From NCBI GenBank assembly GCA_965637545.1, contig OZ281501.1, positions 11,780,001-11,844,000 of the forward strand: a stretch of DNA of 64,000 nucleotides, written 5' to 3'. Made by a program: the position numbers and the translations under genes. Below, in pieces: positions 25,290-36,942 of this stretch (its first letter is position 1; the number at the start of each line of letters is the position of its first letter). The DNA comes from Phallusia mammillata. Taxonomy: Eukaryota. The notes under the pieces are model-generated. The model was not told the origin of the DNA, ran no database searches, and saw only the letters and a list, made by a program, of their open reading frames with translations.

Positions 25290-27193
25290 TTGGTAGCGTG
25301 GTTGATATCATTTCCAAGTTTGTGTGTCAGGGTTTGTCTCTTTCTGCCCGTGTCGACTGGTTAGCGATTGGGATTTATGTATAATGCTGTCGTAGTTGTG
25401 TAATCTAACCTAGTCTATACATTATTGCAGCTGTAAGTTATAGTGGCAAACTGTAAAGAATATTGGATTATATTAACTGAAATTCGATTGGCGATCTTGT
25501 GATTCTGTGCATTGCTGTCGTGGTAAGCTTTCTTGCATATGTTTCTAACTTAAAGTGTTCGAATTTAATCTAATTTTGAATGTAAATATTACAGTTGTGA
25601 CATCCGATCGCCTATAAACTGCACAGTCGTGTTGACTGCAAGTACATATTGCTGGTGAGTGAATCGTATGTGCTGTGACGTCATAATGCCTTATTCATGT
25701 GTGATATGTTATTTCAGCTTTGCCACTCACTGAGTTGCCTCTGTGGGCCATTTCTCACAGTTAAAAAACTGCATTGCTACGTGACTGACTTTTCTCGTAT
25801 TCGCCGATTAAAGCATTTCATTTGAGGGTGTGCTGTCGGTGTTTTGGTGAAGTACACGGGGAGTAGTTACGTACATGCGGTAATTACGGAGATTGCAGAG
25901 GTGACCTGTTACGCCGTCCGAAGAAGCTGGTCACTTTTCCGAAAGGACTGCGTTACACTAGCACAGTAATAAAATTGCCAAATCATTACATGAAAAGCAT
26001 TGCTTGACAAAAAAAAAAACGTTTCTGTTGCATATTTAGAGACGAATAAGGCTAAATTAAATGTTTGTGACGACTGGCTAACTAATCTTCAAGTGAAGGC
26101 TGTTTCCCGTGATTGTCGGTGAGTGTTTAATTTGACTTGTGACCTAAATTAATTCATAGGTTTTACGTGTGGCTTATGACATGCTGTATTTTCCTATAGT
26201 ACTTGCAGCGATTGTTTCATCGTCTTGCAACTGTTGATACGTGAACTGTACCTGTTGCGTCGCGAAATAGTTGGTAAGTGGGTCATTTAAACGGCATTTT
26301 TTGTGCGTTGACATATGTCAATGTGTTTCGCTTTCTTGTTTAAAAAAACACTTTGCTTCGTTCTCATTCCTGTTTACGTCCGTTCCTGATTGTGTACGAC
26401 ATTGTGGTTGTTGCCGCTGTAGTCACTGTGGATTATTACACGTGATTCGGGAAGTGTGATTTGTGTGGGAAAGGGCGGGGCGTGTTTCAACGTGGCAAAC
26501 CCCTTTGTAAGGCTCAGTCACAATGACAGTTAAATCCCTGCTACAGGGAAAGTATACCTGGATCTGAGCTGTTGTGGGATGCACAAAGTATTTTTTACAA
26601 ACAAGGAGTTTCTGGAAAAGATTGTTTTTGCAAAATACATGACATATGATATGTTAATTATGGCTCATAAAAAAATTAACTTTCAACTATCCATATTTTG
26701 GAGTCCATGTCGATAGCAACCCCTGGCTATAGCGCTGTTAGGCTACATATTTACTGCGTGCGGCCCACATGCGAATATGTGCGCAGAAACAATTGTACAA
26801 CTAAATATTAAGCAAGGGAAATTATTGGGTGACAATTTCTGCTATGTGGACAAAGTTACCATTCTGGTGCAAAACTAATTTGGCTGCGTCCAAATTGTTT
26901 TGGGTGAAATAAACTTAGCTACAAATTTACCCATAGGCTACTTTCATAGAGTTAATCAGCCTTTTTGTTTTATGTAAGGATAAACGATCAGGTTTTTTTT
27001 AACTATTTTGAAGTTTGATGAACATCCTGTGTTTAATATGTGTAGAAGAACCGTCATTAATGACGAGCAACAATGTGCCGAATTAGAAAGCAATCTGTGA
27101 AATGACAAAACAAAACCACGCCACATGCAATAAGTTGGCAAAAAGGTTGCGTATAAAAGTAATTATATTTCATTTCTCCACGCAATAGGCAAA

Positions 27194-27428
27194 ATGTTTT
27201 CCTGTGCAAACTGCAAGAAGTTAAAATCTAGAAAGCAGAGAAGAGAAATGCACCAAAAGGACTGGGAATTGAAATGGAATAAGACGCCACACTTTCATAT
27301 CGATTTGGTGCATCCTGATTTGCTAGATTTTGAGCCAAAAGTGTTTTCATCAAAACGGATAAGTTTTTGTTACCTTTTTGCTGCAAATCGGCTGATATGA
27401 AATATCTTGCTAATAAAGGTCACGATGT
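27194..27428 (+). pseudogene. TPMT-like copy A', frameshifted and 3'-truncated
   Basis: Near-identical start to copy A (MFSCANCKK...HPDLLDF). +1 frameshift near 27360; PLCGK is degraded to PFCCK; homology ends after KGHDV. Confidence 0.9.
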
Positions 27429-27847
27429 TGCGCCGCCACCTTGGGTTTGTAAAGCACGGTGGCGGCCACCGTGGATATTTTGATTTGTTTGTAGCGGTAT
27501 AGTACGAAACATCGTAAAATCTGAACAAATTTGAGAACAATTTTGCTTTAAACAAACGTGCTGGCAGAAAAGCAACAAAACGTGCCAAAACTGCAACTTG
27601 TCTTGGTTAGAGTGCTTTTATGATGTCAAACAGTGAATGTTTGGCCATTATTACTGTTTTTGAATCAGGTTGTGTCCGACTTATTGTCCAAAACGGCCGC
27701 CCAAATTATCACTTATGTAGAATAAAACACTGTCATGTTATGTGTAAAAGATGCATAATTATACAATTCTTACATTAAGATTGTTGCACAAACTCTTAAA
27801 ATAAAAGGGTTATCAAATAGAACAGTAGTAAGTTTTCCATGTCTGGT

Positions 27848-28543
27848 TCATGCTTCATCCTCAATTTTCAGCTTAGTCAAAAGATGGTTGTTTGAAATCA
27901 TTTTAGTAATCCCCTTTGCTTTAAAATGTGGGTTAAGAAAGTCAGAACTATCAAGTAATTTTATGTTAAAGTAGGAACCAAATATTTGTTGCACCTCATT
28001 TGCATCAGCAGTATGGGGAGGGCCACCATATTCTGTTCTAGAGTATACATAACTGTTAAGCAACAGTTTACAATTAGGTTTTGAAATGCTACAGAGTATC
28101 TTTGCATAAGCAGATCTGTCAGATAAATTAATAGCAACAAAAGAATTCACATCCCAAATAAAATCAAAAAGTCCCAATATTTTCTCAGTTGCTTGAAACA
28201 TGTCTCCCACATAGATGGTTATGGCCAAACTCTTTGCTTGATACACATCAAACACAAAATTACTTGTTTTGTAGAATTGCAGTGAATGTTCCTGAAAAAA
28301 TTTTTCAATAGCAATTGGTGATAATTCCAATCCCACAACTTCATGTCCTTTTTCTGCTAAATATTTCATGTCCACAGACTTTCCACACAGTGGCACAAAA
28401 ACCCTACAGGGGGTTGGAAAACAGCAAGCTTCATGTTTTAAAAGATTGCAGTTTACAGTTTTCTGTTGCCATGGTGTAACATTGGATTTCCATGTGTTTT
28501 CCCACTGGTTGAGGTTTACTTTAGTTTCAGCCTTTCTTTCCAT
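27848..28543 (-). CDS. TPMT-like: TPMT-family methyltransferase, copy C (inverted)
   Basis: 231 aa; motifs FVPLCGKSVDMKYL, GHEVVGLE, YVGDMF, FDFIWDVNSFVAIN and GGPPHT. Confidence 0.92.
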   Translation of the reverse strand: MERKAETKVNLNQWENTWKSNVTPWQQKTVNCNLLKHEACCFPTPCRVFVPLCGKSVDMKYLAEKGHEVVGLELSPIAIEKFFQEHSLQFYKTSNFVFDVYQAKSLAITIYVGDMFQATEKILGLFDFIWDVNSFVAINLSDRSAYAKILCSISKPNCKLLLNSYVYSRTEYGGPPHTADANEVQQIFGSYFNIKLLDSSDFLNPHFKAKGITKMISNNHLLTKLKIEDEA

Positions 28544-29072
28544 TATAAAATCAATGTGTTTACCAAATAACTATGCACAATACCTTTTTACAACTGCACA
28601 CAAATGTTAACAAAATTGTCAGAAAACAGGTCTGATACATTCATTCAGCATTCATTTGGTCAGCACTAAGTCAAGAGACCGTCTTCACTGCAACTACTTA
28701 TAGTATTCTTTTCAAACAAAATTATTGTGAGTGTTTCTTACTTAAATGATTTAACTGCTGGGTTGCATCTTAATAAAATCGATTTCAAGGGGTAAAGCAA
28801 AGTAAACAAGTGTGATTACAGCATTAACATTAAAAAGATGCAATTGCCATGTGACAGAATTATTTTTGCTCAAAACAGACTTAAACTTCAAGTTCAATCT
28901 GCTGGTGCTTCGTGTCTCTCTTTCAAGTTTTAAAACTGCCTAAAAGTTTAGCATATGTTATTGACCATTAAAATTGCAGCAAAGGTATTTTTTCCGCCTA
29001 ATTGACGTCATTCTGTCAACATAAGCAGCCGATGTGTTTTCTGATACGTTTTTGGGGAAAACCCAACAAAGA

Positions 29073-29083
29073 ATGAGTCAGCA
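29073..29083. promoter_or_regulatory. NF-E2/Nrf2-Maf site (ARE/MARE)
   Basis: ATGAGTCAGCA (reverse TGCTGACTCAT) followed by an AT tract; lies between the divergent copies C and B'. Confidence 0.55.
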
Positions 29084-29155
29084 ATTTTGGCGGCGTGAAG
29101 TGGCGATTTCTCGTGATAAAAGTTTCGAGAAGAGTGGAAAATCAAAGATAAGTAA

Positions 29156-29185
29156 GTGACTAAGCAATCAAAATTTATTGAGTCA
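29156..29185 (+). promoter_or_regulatory. Second ARE plus AP-1 site
   Basis: GTGACTAAGCA at 29156-29166 (overlapping a probable 5'UTR donor gtaagt at 29152) and TGAGTCA at 29179-29185. Confidence 0.45.
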
Positions 29186-29642
29186 CGATTCGTTTCAGAT
29201 CACGTTCAAACAAGATTCAGATTGTAGCTAGTTGGTATGGCAGAGGCTAAGTTTTGCGCTGGCAACAACGTTTGTCAGTCAGTCAGTCATTAAGTTCTGC
29301 AGATGAATAGCTATTTGTTTTGTTAACATGATGTGGATACTGGAAGTGTTAAAAACTTGCAGTAGACACCAAAATTTACAAAATTTTGAATATAAATGCC
29401 ATGCGAGGCCGGGGCATAGCTCTCCCTAGGTCACCTGCTGTTTCCTGACAGGATTTCTATTAAACCAGCAATTAAATGACATGTAGTTTGTTTGTTGCAT
29501 GTTTCAAACTAACATTAGACAATGACAATGGTGGCGTGACAAGCATGTTGGATGTTGACTTGTGTAATGTTTTATGTGCCTAGTAACTTATGTACTATTT
29601 TCGATGTAGGTTGGGTCCGACTTATTGTGTTTTAATTCCGAG

Positions 29643-30317
29643 ATGAATACACAAAGTAGTGCCAACTTTTCTCTTAAAGATTGGGATGACAAATGGGAAG
29701 CCAAAAAAACTATGTGGCATAGAAATGAAGTTCATGTTGATCTTATAAAACATGAGAAATTGCTTGACACAGGAAGGATCTTTCTTCCATTATGTGGAAA
29801 ATCTGTTGATCTAAAATATTTGGCAGAAAAAGGCCATGAAGTTGTTGGTTTGGAGTTTTCGGAAAAAGCATGTAACGAGTTCTTTCAAGAAAATGGGCTG
29901 CAGTTTACCAAAACCAAACTTGCAGATTTCGCATTTTTTCAGTATGAAGCGAAGGAACTGAAAATTACAATCTTTCAAGGAGACATGTTTGATGCAAACA
30001 AACGCCTGTTGGGGTCATTTGATGCTATATGGGACAGAGGTTCATTTGTTGCTATCAATGAATCTGATAGACCCAAGTATGCAAAAATTCTTTGCAACAT
30101 TTTGAAGCCCACAGGCAAAGTGCTTTTGAATAGTTTTACTTATGATAGCACTGAATTTGGTGGACCTCCCCATTCTGCTGACAGGGAAACAGTAGAAAAA
30201 GTATTTGGTAGCACATTCAAAGTTACATTTCTTGATAGTTATGACTATCTTAGACCCCAACTGAAAGCAAGGGGTATTACTAAAATGATTGCTAGCAACT
30301 ACATTTTAACAATATAG
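29643..30317 (+). CDS. TPMT-like: TPMT-family methyltransferase, copy B'
   Basis: ATG at 29643; motifs FLPLCGKSVDL, FDAIWDRGSFVAIN and GGPPHS. Probable 5'UTR intron ~29152-29609. Confidence 0.93.
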   Translation: MNTQSSANFSLKDWDDKWEAKKTMWHRNEVHVDLIKHEKLLDTGRIFLPLCGKSVDLKYLAEKGHEVVGLEFSEKACNEFFQENGLQFTKTKLADFAFFQYEAKELKITIFQGDMFDANKRLLGSFDAIWDRGSFVAINESDRPKYAKILCNILKPTGKVLLNSFTYDSTEFGGPPHSADRETVEKVFGSTFKVTFLDSYDYLRPQLKARGITKMIASNYILTI

Positions 30318-31184
30318 ATTACAGTAATATGGTATGATTTTAAAACCATATTGTGAAATAATTACTGTAAACTTATGATTTATGTCATATTGGGGTTTTT
30401 CAATTATCATTATTATAATACTAATGCTTGACTAATATTGATTGAGAATATGCAACACATAAACTTTTTTGTGTGTAAAAGTGTTATGGCATGTTTTGTT
30501 TACAATAATCTTTTGTTCGGTGCAATGCAAGGGCGTCCAAACTTTTTTTTAATAGGATTCGATTTTATTCAGGTAAAGTAGCCCACTGGTCAACATTTAT
30601 TTGGTGTGCAAATGCATGGAAATGCAATCATCATTATTTATTGGATTATTGAACAAGTGCTTTTAACAAGCACAGTAAATAATCTAAACTATTTGCAAAC
30701 AGCATTTTATGTCATGGTGACATTTTCATACTTTTTTATGCTAAAGCAGCATGCATGAAGTTGCTTTTACCCATCATCACAATTGCTTTCTGTTACTATT
30801 AATCTGCTTTATATTACCCAATATCATGATGTAAAAGGTGTAAAAAAAGTTTGAAACCATTCTCACAAACATGCCTATTGTATATCATGGCACACTAATT
30901 TGTATTTTTAATGCTTGAACCATAACAGTTCCATGTCTGTGTGTTTTCTCTTTTTATGACGAGTTAAGTATTAAAGATATGTTGCAAACATTCCAATCTT
31001 GCATTAACCCAATGACTAAATCCAAACATGTGATCACGTTTTGTGTCTAGTGTAAACTTTAATATGTGTCTTAGTAGCAGCATGAGAACATTTCCACTTG
31101 GTTCAAATGTTTTGTACTCTATGGGTAATTATTTGGCAAATCTATGCACAGATTTTACATGATAACTGTATGTACTATATAAGT

Positions 31185-31910
31185 ATGACAACTGATAACA
31201 ATACAAGTAGATCTGATGTCCAACGGAATGAGATGTCACTTCAAAGTTGGGATGGAATGTGGAATGAAAATTTTATACCTTTTCATGAATCAAAGGTCCA
31301 TAAAGATCTTCTAAAGCATGAAAAAACACTGATATCTCACCCAGGACGTATTTTTGTACCTCTGTGTGGAAAAACAGTGGATATGAAATATTTGTATGAC
31401 CAAGGGCATTCAGTGGTTGGTATTGAATTTTCTGACAAGGCTATTGTTCAGTTTTTTGAGGAAAATCAAATACAGTTTGAAAAAAATGATAGCAAGTTCG
31501 AAAAGTTTCATGAGTACAAATCACTGGATGGAAAAGTTTCTTTGTATGCAGGTGATATTTTTGATGCTGATGCTGAGAATTTGGGCAGGTTTGATGCAAT
31601 TTGGGACAGGGGCTCTTTTGTTGCCATTAATGTTTGTGACCAAGAAAAGTATGCAAGGATTGTCACAAACTTATTGAAACATGATGGAAAGTATCTGCTC
31701 AATGCATTTACTTATGACGGTTCGAAGTATCAAGGACCACCACATACATCTTCAGAGGTTGATGTGATGCAACGCTTTGGGCCTTATTGTGATGTTACTT
31801 TACTTGACACCTATGATGGTTTCAAACCTTATCACAAGAATTGGGGTTTAGATTCATTTTTGGTTTGCAACTATCTTCTTCAACTCAAGCAAGGTTCTGC
31901 AAATTTATAA
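31185..31910 (+). CDS. TPMT-like: TPMT-family methyltransferase, copy D
   Basis: Motifs FVPLCGKTVDMKYL, YAGDIF, FDAIWDRGSFVAIN and YQGPPHT. The start codon is uncertain (frame open from 31098). Confidence 0.92.
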   Translation: MTTDNNTSRSDVQRNEMSLQSWDGMWNENFIPFHESKVHKDLLKHEKTLISHPGRIFVPLCGKTVDMKYLYDQGHSVVGIEFSDKAIVQFFEENQIQFEKNDSKFEKFHEYKSLDGKVSLYAGDIFDADAENLGRFDAIWDRGSFVAINVCDQEKYARIVTNLLKHDGKYLLNAFTYDGSKYQGPPHTSSEVDVMQRFGPYCDVTLLDTYDGFKPYHKNWGLDSFLVCNYLLQLKQGSANL

Positions 31911-32126
31911 ACAAACTTTTAACGAATGGTGGTGGGTTGTTTTTAAAAGATTATGCCGCAAATGAACTTTTTGTATGGATTTTCACAACTATATTGGAGT
32001 ACCAAATATTTAATCACTGCACTCACCATGTTGTATCATCCCTTTTTAATGATAACTATATGCAATCTTTACTTTTAATGATGACAAATAAGTTTTCTTT
32101 GTTATTGTAGAAAAGTTAAGTTGTTA

Positions 32127-32837
32127 ATGATGTCTGAGAAAAGCACAAAAAAAACTAAAAAAGACAATGTAATGGAACTTGGTTACTGGAGCAACAGGTG
32201 GAAAATTGGTGATGTTCAGTTTCACAAAGAAGATGTTCATTATGACTTGATTGAAAATGAAAACAAACTACTTCCACAACAAGGCTCGGTATTTTTTCCG
32301 CTTTGTGGAAAAACTGTGGACATGGCATATTTGGCAAGCAAGGGACATACTGTGGTGGGTTTGGAATTTGATGAAGAACCAATAAAAAGTTTTTTTAGTG
32401 AAAATAAGCTTAAATATAACATAACTGAAATAGAAGATTATCCATTCAAAAAGTACCAATGCTGTAATCAAGGAGCAGACATCACAATATACCAGGGAGA
32501 CATCAACCATGCCACAGTTAATTTCTTAGGAAAATTTGATGCCATTTGGGATCGCGGATCGTTCGTCGCAATCAACACAAACGACCGTACAATGTACACT
32601 AATCTAATCCGTGGTATAATGAAACCAAATACGCAGTATTACTTGCTTTGTGTGGAATTCGATAGCAGCGTATTCGGCGGACCACCACATTCCACGACTC
32701 AAGCAGATGTGCAGGAACATTTTGGAAAACACTGTCACGTGACCCCACTAAAGCGCAGCAACATTATGTCGCAACGTTACCAAAGTTTCGGTTTAAGAGA
32801 GGTTTTTTCGGTTTTGTACAATCTAACCTTAAAGTAA
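32127..32837 (+). CDS. TPMT-like: TPMT-family methyltransferase, copy E (most canonical-looking)
   Basis: YWSNRWKIGDVQFHKE, FFPLCGKTVDM, FDAIWDRGSFVAIN and FGGPPHS. Confidence 0.93.
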   Translation: MMSEKSTKKTKKDNVMELGYWSNRWKIGDVQFHKEDVHYDLIENENKLLPQQGSVFFPLCGKTVDMAYLASKGHTVVGLEFDEEPIKSFFSENKLKYNITEIEDYPFKKYQCCNQGADITIYQGDINHATVNFLGKFDAIWDRGSFVAINTNDRTMYTNLIRGIMKPNTQYYLLCVEFDSSVFGGPPHSTTQADVQEHFGKHCHVTPLKRSNIMSQRYQSFGLREVFSVLYNLTLK

Positions 32838-33852
32838 GCCATTTGTTATTTTAAGATATCTTTATGCAAAGTGAAACTGTGTAAAAAGTGCTGTGTCGAA
32901 TCAAATACCAGCCCCAAACGGGTTTTTATCAAACATCTTTGAGTGACGTGCGTTTACGTCACACGAGTGTAAACAACATTCGGGTTTCAAATTTGTCGCC
33001 TAATTGCATGAATGTGGCATTTTGTCGTCGTTACATGATTCACCCTAGACCTGAATTGCTACCGTTACTGTTCAACACCTCATACTTTCTTCTAACCGTA
33101 TCACAGCGCCATCCTTATATTTTTGCAATATGTTCAGATGCGCAAAATCAAGTGAAACACAGTAATTTAATCCCAACTAACCTAATAATAACTAATTTAC
33201 GTTAAACTCCATTCTAATTTGCTGAACATATGGCCTTGTTAAATGGCAGCTCGGACAGGAAGAATTTTCTACTCTCAAAATGCCTGTGACTTGTTTTCCA
33301 AGCTTACATGTATATCATTAATCAATGGTTTATCTGTCACGATTTTAAAAATAAGAGAAATTGTACAACAAAAGTAACTGCGTGACAGGTCAATGAAAGG
33401 CCAATCATGCATTAGCTTTACAGTGTAATGCAGTAGCAACCATATGAAAAAAAAACATAGTAACAATGCAATACAAGCAACGAAATCGCAAGGATAATTT
33501 TGTGGAAAGAAAACATGGGTTGAACCAGTCGAGGAGGTCATGATTGCCTTTTTCTTTGAAATTATTGTAACGCACATGGGCAACAAATCGCCAAATCTTT
33601 TGAAATAAAACTTACGAAGTATTGATTTTCTTCTTGACTCACCAGCTACCTTGTTGCATTTTCCACGCCAAGGTGATGAAAAAAATACATTTGGCTTAAT
33701 ACGTTAAACTAAAACCAAAGCAAGAAACCTGGTTGACATTACATATACCTATACAGCTAGAAAAAAAATGTTTGTTTGTTTTATATGAATGAAAAACATT
33801 GTAAATCTTTTACCTCTAGGGGTGTACTAACTTATTGTTCATTTGATTTACC

Positions 33853-34536
33853 ATGAATTTGCAAATCAGTATCGACCTTAGTTTGAAATATTGGACCGAC
33901 AGTTGGAAAGACCAAAGTATTGTGTGCGAGTGGCATAGAAGTGAAGTGAATGAAGATCTACTGAGACATGAGAAGTTGCTTGACACAGGACGGATATTTG
34001 TACCATTATGTGGAAAATCTGTTGATCTAAAATATTTGGCAGAAAAAGGCCATGAAGTTGTTGGTTTGGAATTTTCGGAAAAAGCATGTGATAATTTCTT
34101 TCAAGAAAATGGGCTGCAGTTTACCAAAACGAAACTTGCAGATTTTGCATTTTTTCAGTATGAAGCAAAGGAACTGAAAATTACAATCTTTCAAGGAGAC
34201 ATGTTTGATGCAAATAAAAGCCTGTTGGGATCATTTGATGCTATATGGGACAGGGGTTCATTTGTTGCTATCAATGAATCTGATAGACCCAAGTATGCAA
34301 AAATTCTCGGCAATGTTTTGAAGGCCACGGGTAAGGTGCTTTTAAACAGTTTTACTTATGACAACAGAGAATATGGTGGACACCCCCGTACTGCTGACAA
34401 GGAAACCATAGAGAAAGTCTTTGGTGTCAGGTTTAAGGTTACACTTATTGACAGCTATGACTCTCTTAAACCTATATATAAAGCAAGGGGTATTACCAAA
34501 AGGGTTGCTTGCAACTATATTTTAACAATGCAGTAA
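33853..34536 (+). CDS. TPMT-like: TPMT-family methyltransferase, copy F
   Basis: PLCGK, WDRGSF and a variant GGHPRT loop; AATAAA about 17 nt after the stop. Confidence 0.93.
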   Translation: MNLQISIDLSLKYWTDSWKDQSIVCEWHRSEVNEDLLRHEKLLDTGRIFVPLCGKSVDLKYLAEKGHEVVGLEFSEKACDNFFQENGLQFTKTKLADFAFFQYEAKELKITIFQGDMFDANKSLLGSFDAIWDRGSFVAINESDRPKYAKILGNVLKATGKVLLNSFTYDNREYGGHPRTADKETIEKVFGVRFKVTLIDSYDSLKPIYKARGITKRVACNYILTMQ

Positions 34537-36942
34537 AAACATACTCATTTTCAATAAACACGTCGGTGTTATTATGTACTGCAACTTTTCTTCAAATACT
34601 TAGTGAAGTGTGTTTGCGTATCATATATCTTTCTATTAGTTTTAATATCTGTATGGTGTGATGTTCTGCATATTTGGTGATAATTGTTTTCATCCAAATA
34701 CACTGATAGTTAATTATTAAATCTCCTGAGCGAATAACGCCTATACATAACCATGAATGTGTTTTTCACCTCAGTTTTTTGTAGAATACACAGGATTTAA
34801 AGGTTTGATGCAATATGTGGCTTAATTGGTCTTATTGGTTGACGTTAATGTTTGTTACAGAAAAGAATTAGGCAGGGATTGTCAACTAATTAAAATGTGG
34901 TAAATCGCATATGTGCCTATAATCTATTTGTTTCTGATGGAAATAAAACGTAAAAGAGAAGATTATACACGTCATTCGAGAACAGATCCCGTTGGGTGAT
35001 TTTGATCTTAAACTCGATCGAAACCCATCGTTCATACAGTCGTTCATTTCGGCCCAAATTTAGCACACAACTTCAATGAACAAGAAAGTACATACAAATC
35101 AAAGAAACAGGAATAAATTATACTGAGAGATCCAACTTATTCCACTCGTTGCTATATTGTATGAATTTCAATTCTGAACATAAAACAGCACAACATAGAA
35201 AGCAGCATTCGGTTCTGAAACACTACATTATAGTGTCACAGGATTAAAAACAGCATGGTTTGCATTAAGTATAGTATCATATAGGCTAATAATATTTTTT
35301 CCCGTGGGAAAGTGATAAAAATAAGTTCGTGTATCGAGCCATGCTCGGAAGCTACGACAAGCTTCGAATGTTCGTTCTTTTGTAATGTAGCCTATAGTAG
35401 AGAATGCCTAGTCGGCGTATCATGCATGAATAAGAAGAACAATACGCTTAGCTGGCGCAACGTGCGATGTAGTAGCACGGTGGCTTAAGGAATATACTCC
35501 TATGTTTAGCCTAGTGGGCAGTACCAACACAATTGTGTAATTTTTATGGTTAATAGACTTGTTACTTCAAGTTAGGCGCATGAGATCTACAATGTCAAAG
35601 ACCAGTACAATATTTTTTGAGCGCACGGCCGTTATGAGTTATGTGAAGGTTTACTTTCGTTGAACAAAAATGCATACAAATAACAAATCAGTCAAGAATA
35701 ACACTTCAATATTTGCTCACCTCGTTTAAGAAACGCATCGTACTTTATTAGGGTAACTGATCGTACGACAAAATAGAAACACGATCCGACAGTTGAGAAA
35801 CGAAAATGATCGGCGACGTTGTCAACATAAAACATACAGTTTTCTGAAAAGAGTAAATGTTTGTAACTTCTCTGCTTAAAGATGCAATCCAGAAATTTGG
35901 ACGGCAAACTTGTAATTCTTTCAGTCTCTTATAGTCAACTTGGCTGACATTACTCGAGCTTCTCTACAGTTCACTAGGTAAACAGCAAGTTTTGTAAGTT
36001 GTCGCTATAAAGCGGTACCAAATTTTGTAGTGCGCACATGAGCGAGAGAGAGAAAGAGAGGTTTATGTTAATGTTGGCTAATGAGTCCCAATGTTATAAC
36101 AGCGTCACTACAAATTAAGCAGTTACCACCGTCCTTAACACCCGACCTTCTGAGCTTATTATACAGATTCCTGGTAACTCCACACAGATGTCTTGTACTT
36201 CCATTTGTTTCTTTATGCAGTCAAACACAAACCAAAAATTGACAAAATATTACAGGAAGCAGCAGTAAAATTTAGTTACAAAGTTCAGAGCTGTGCATAT
36301 TGAATGAACTAAGCGCGAGAACCTCTGTTGACAAAAGATCTATTGTTGTGTAGAGTTTATTCGTTTGGTGAAAGAAAACTTGGCAACTCAATTGCACTAA
36401 TCATCATGTTGGATAAAGCTGCGCAACATTGAAACGTTATGGAACATGCTTAACAGTCACATTTAGTGGATAATGGAAAAAACCGCTGTAGCTGTAACGT
36501 ATTAAAAACGCGCTATGTGATGGGAGGTCACAAAAAGTGAGTGTGGCGCACTGTAAGTAAACATGACTGGGAACATAACATTGGTTGAACCAGTCGAGGG
36601 GTCATACAATGAATGCTTTTTTCTTTCAAATTATTGTAACGCGCGTACAGTCAACATATTACCTAATCTTTCAACATATAACTTACAAGGTCTTTGCTTT
36701 CTTCTTGATTCATCAGCTATCTTTATAAAACGAAAAACATTGTAGTTTTTTCTGCATTTCTCATACAACTTAGTAAAAACTATACATTGGTTTGGTTCAT
36801 TGAATTGAAGCCAAAACAAGCATCCTTGTTGACATTAAAAAATACCAACAGCTGGATAAATCCGAATTGTTTGTGTTGACTGAATGAAAAAAACTTGCAA
36901 ATCTATCAGGTGTGCACTAATTTATTGTTGATTTGGTTTACC

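Larger units (their letters stand above)
26870..30420. repeat. Segmental duplicate of the A/B unit (~13750-22560)
   Basis: Collinear matches: 26870-27428 with 13750-14360; 27690-27820 with 15320-15440; 29035-29090 with 15462-15520; 29150-29330 with 18630-18800; 29335-30420 with 21340-22440. More upstream matches at ~24405 and ~25970 with 12860-12960. Confidence 0.85.
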
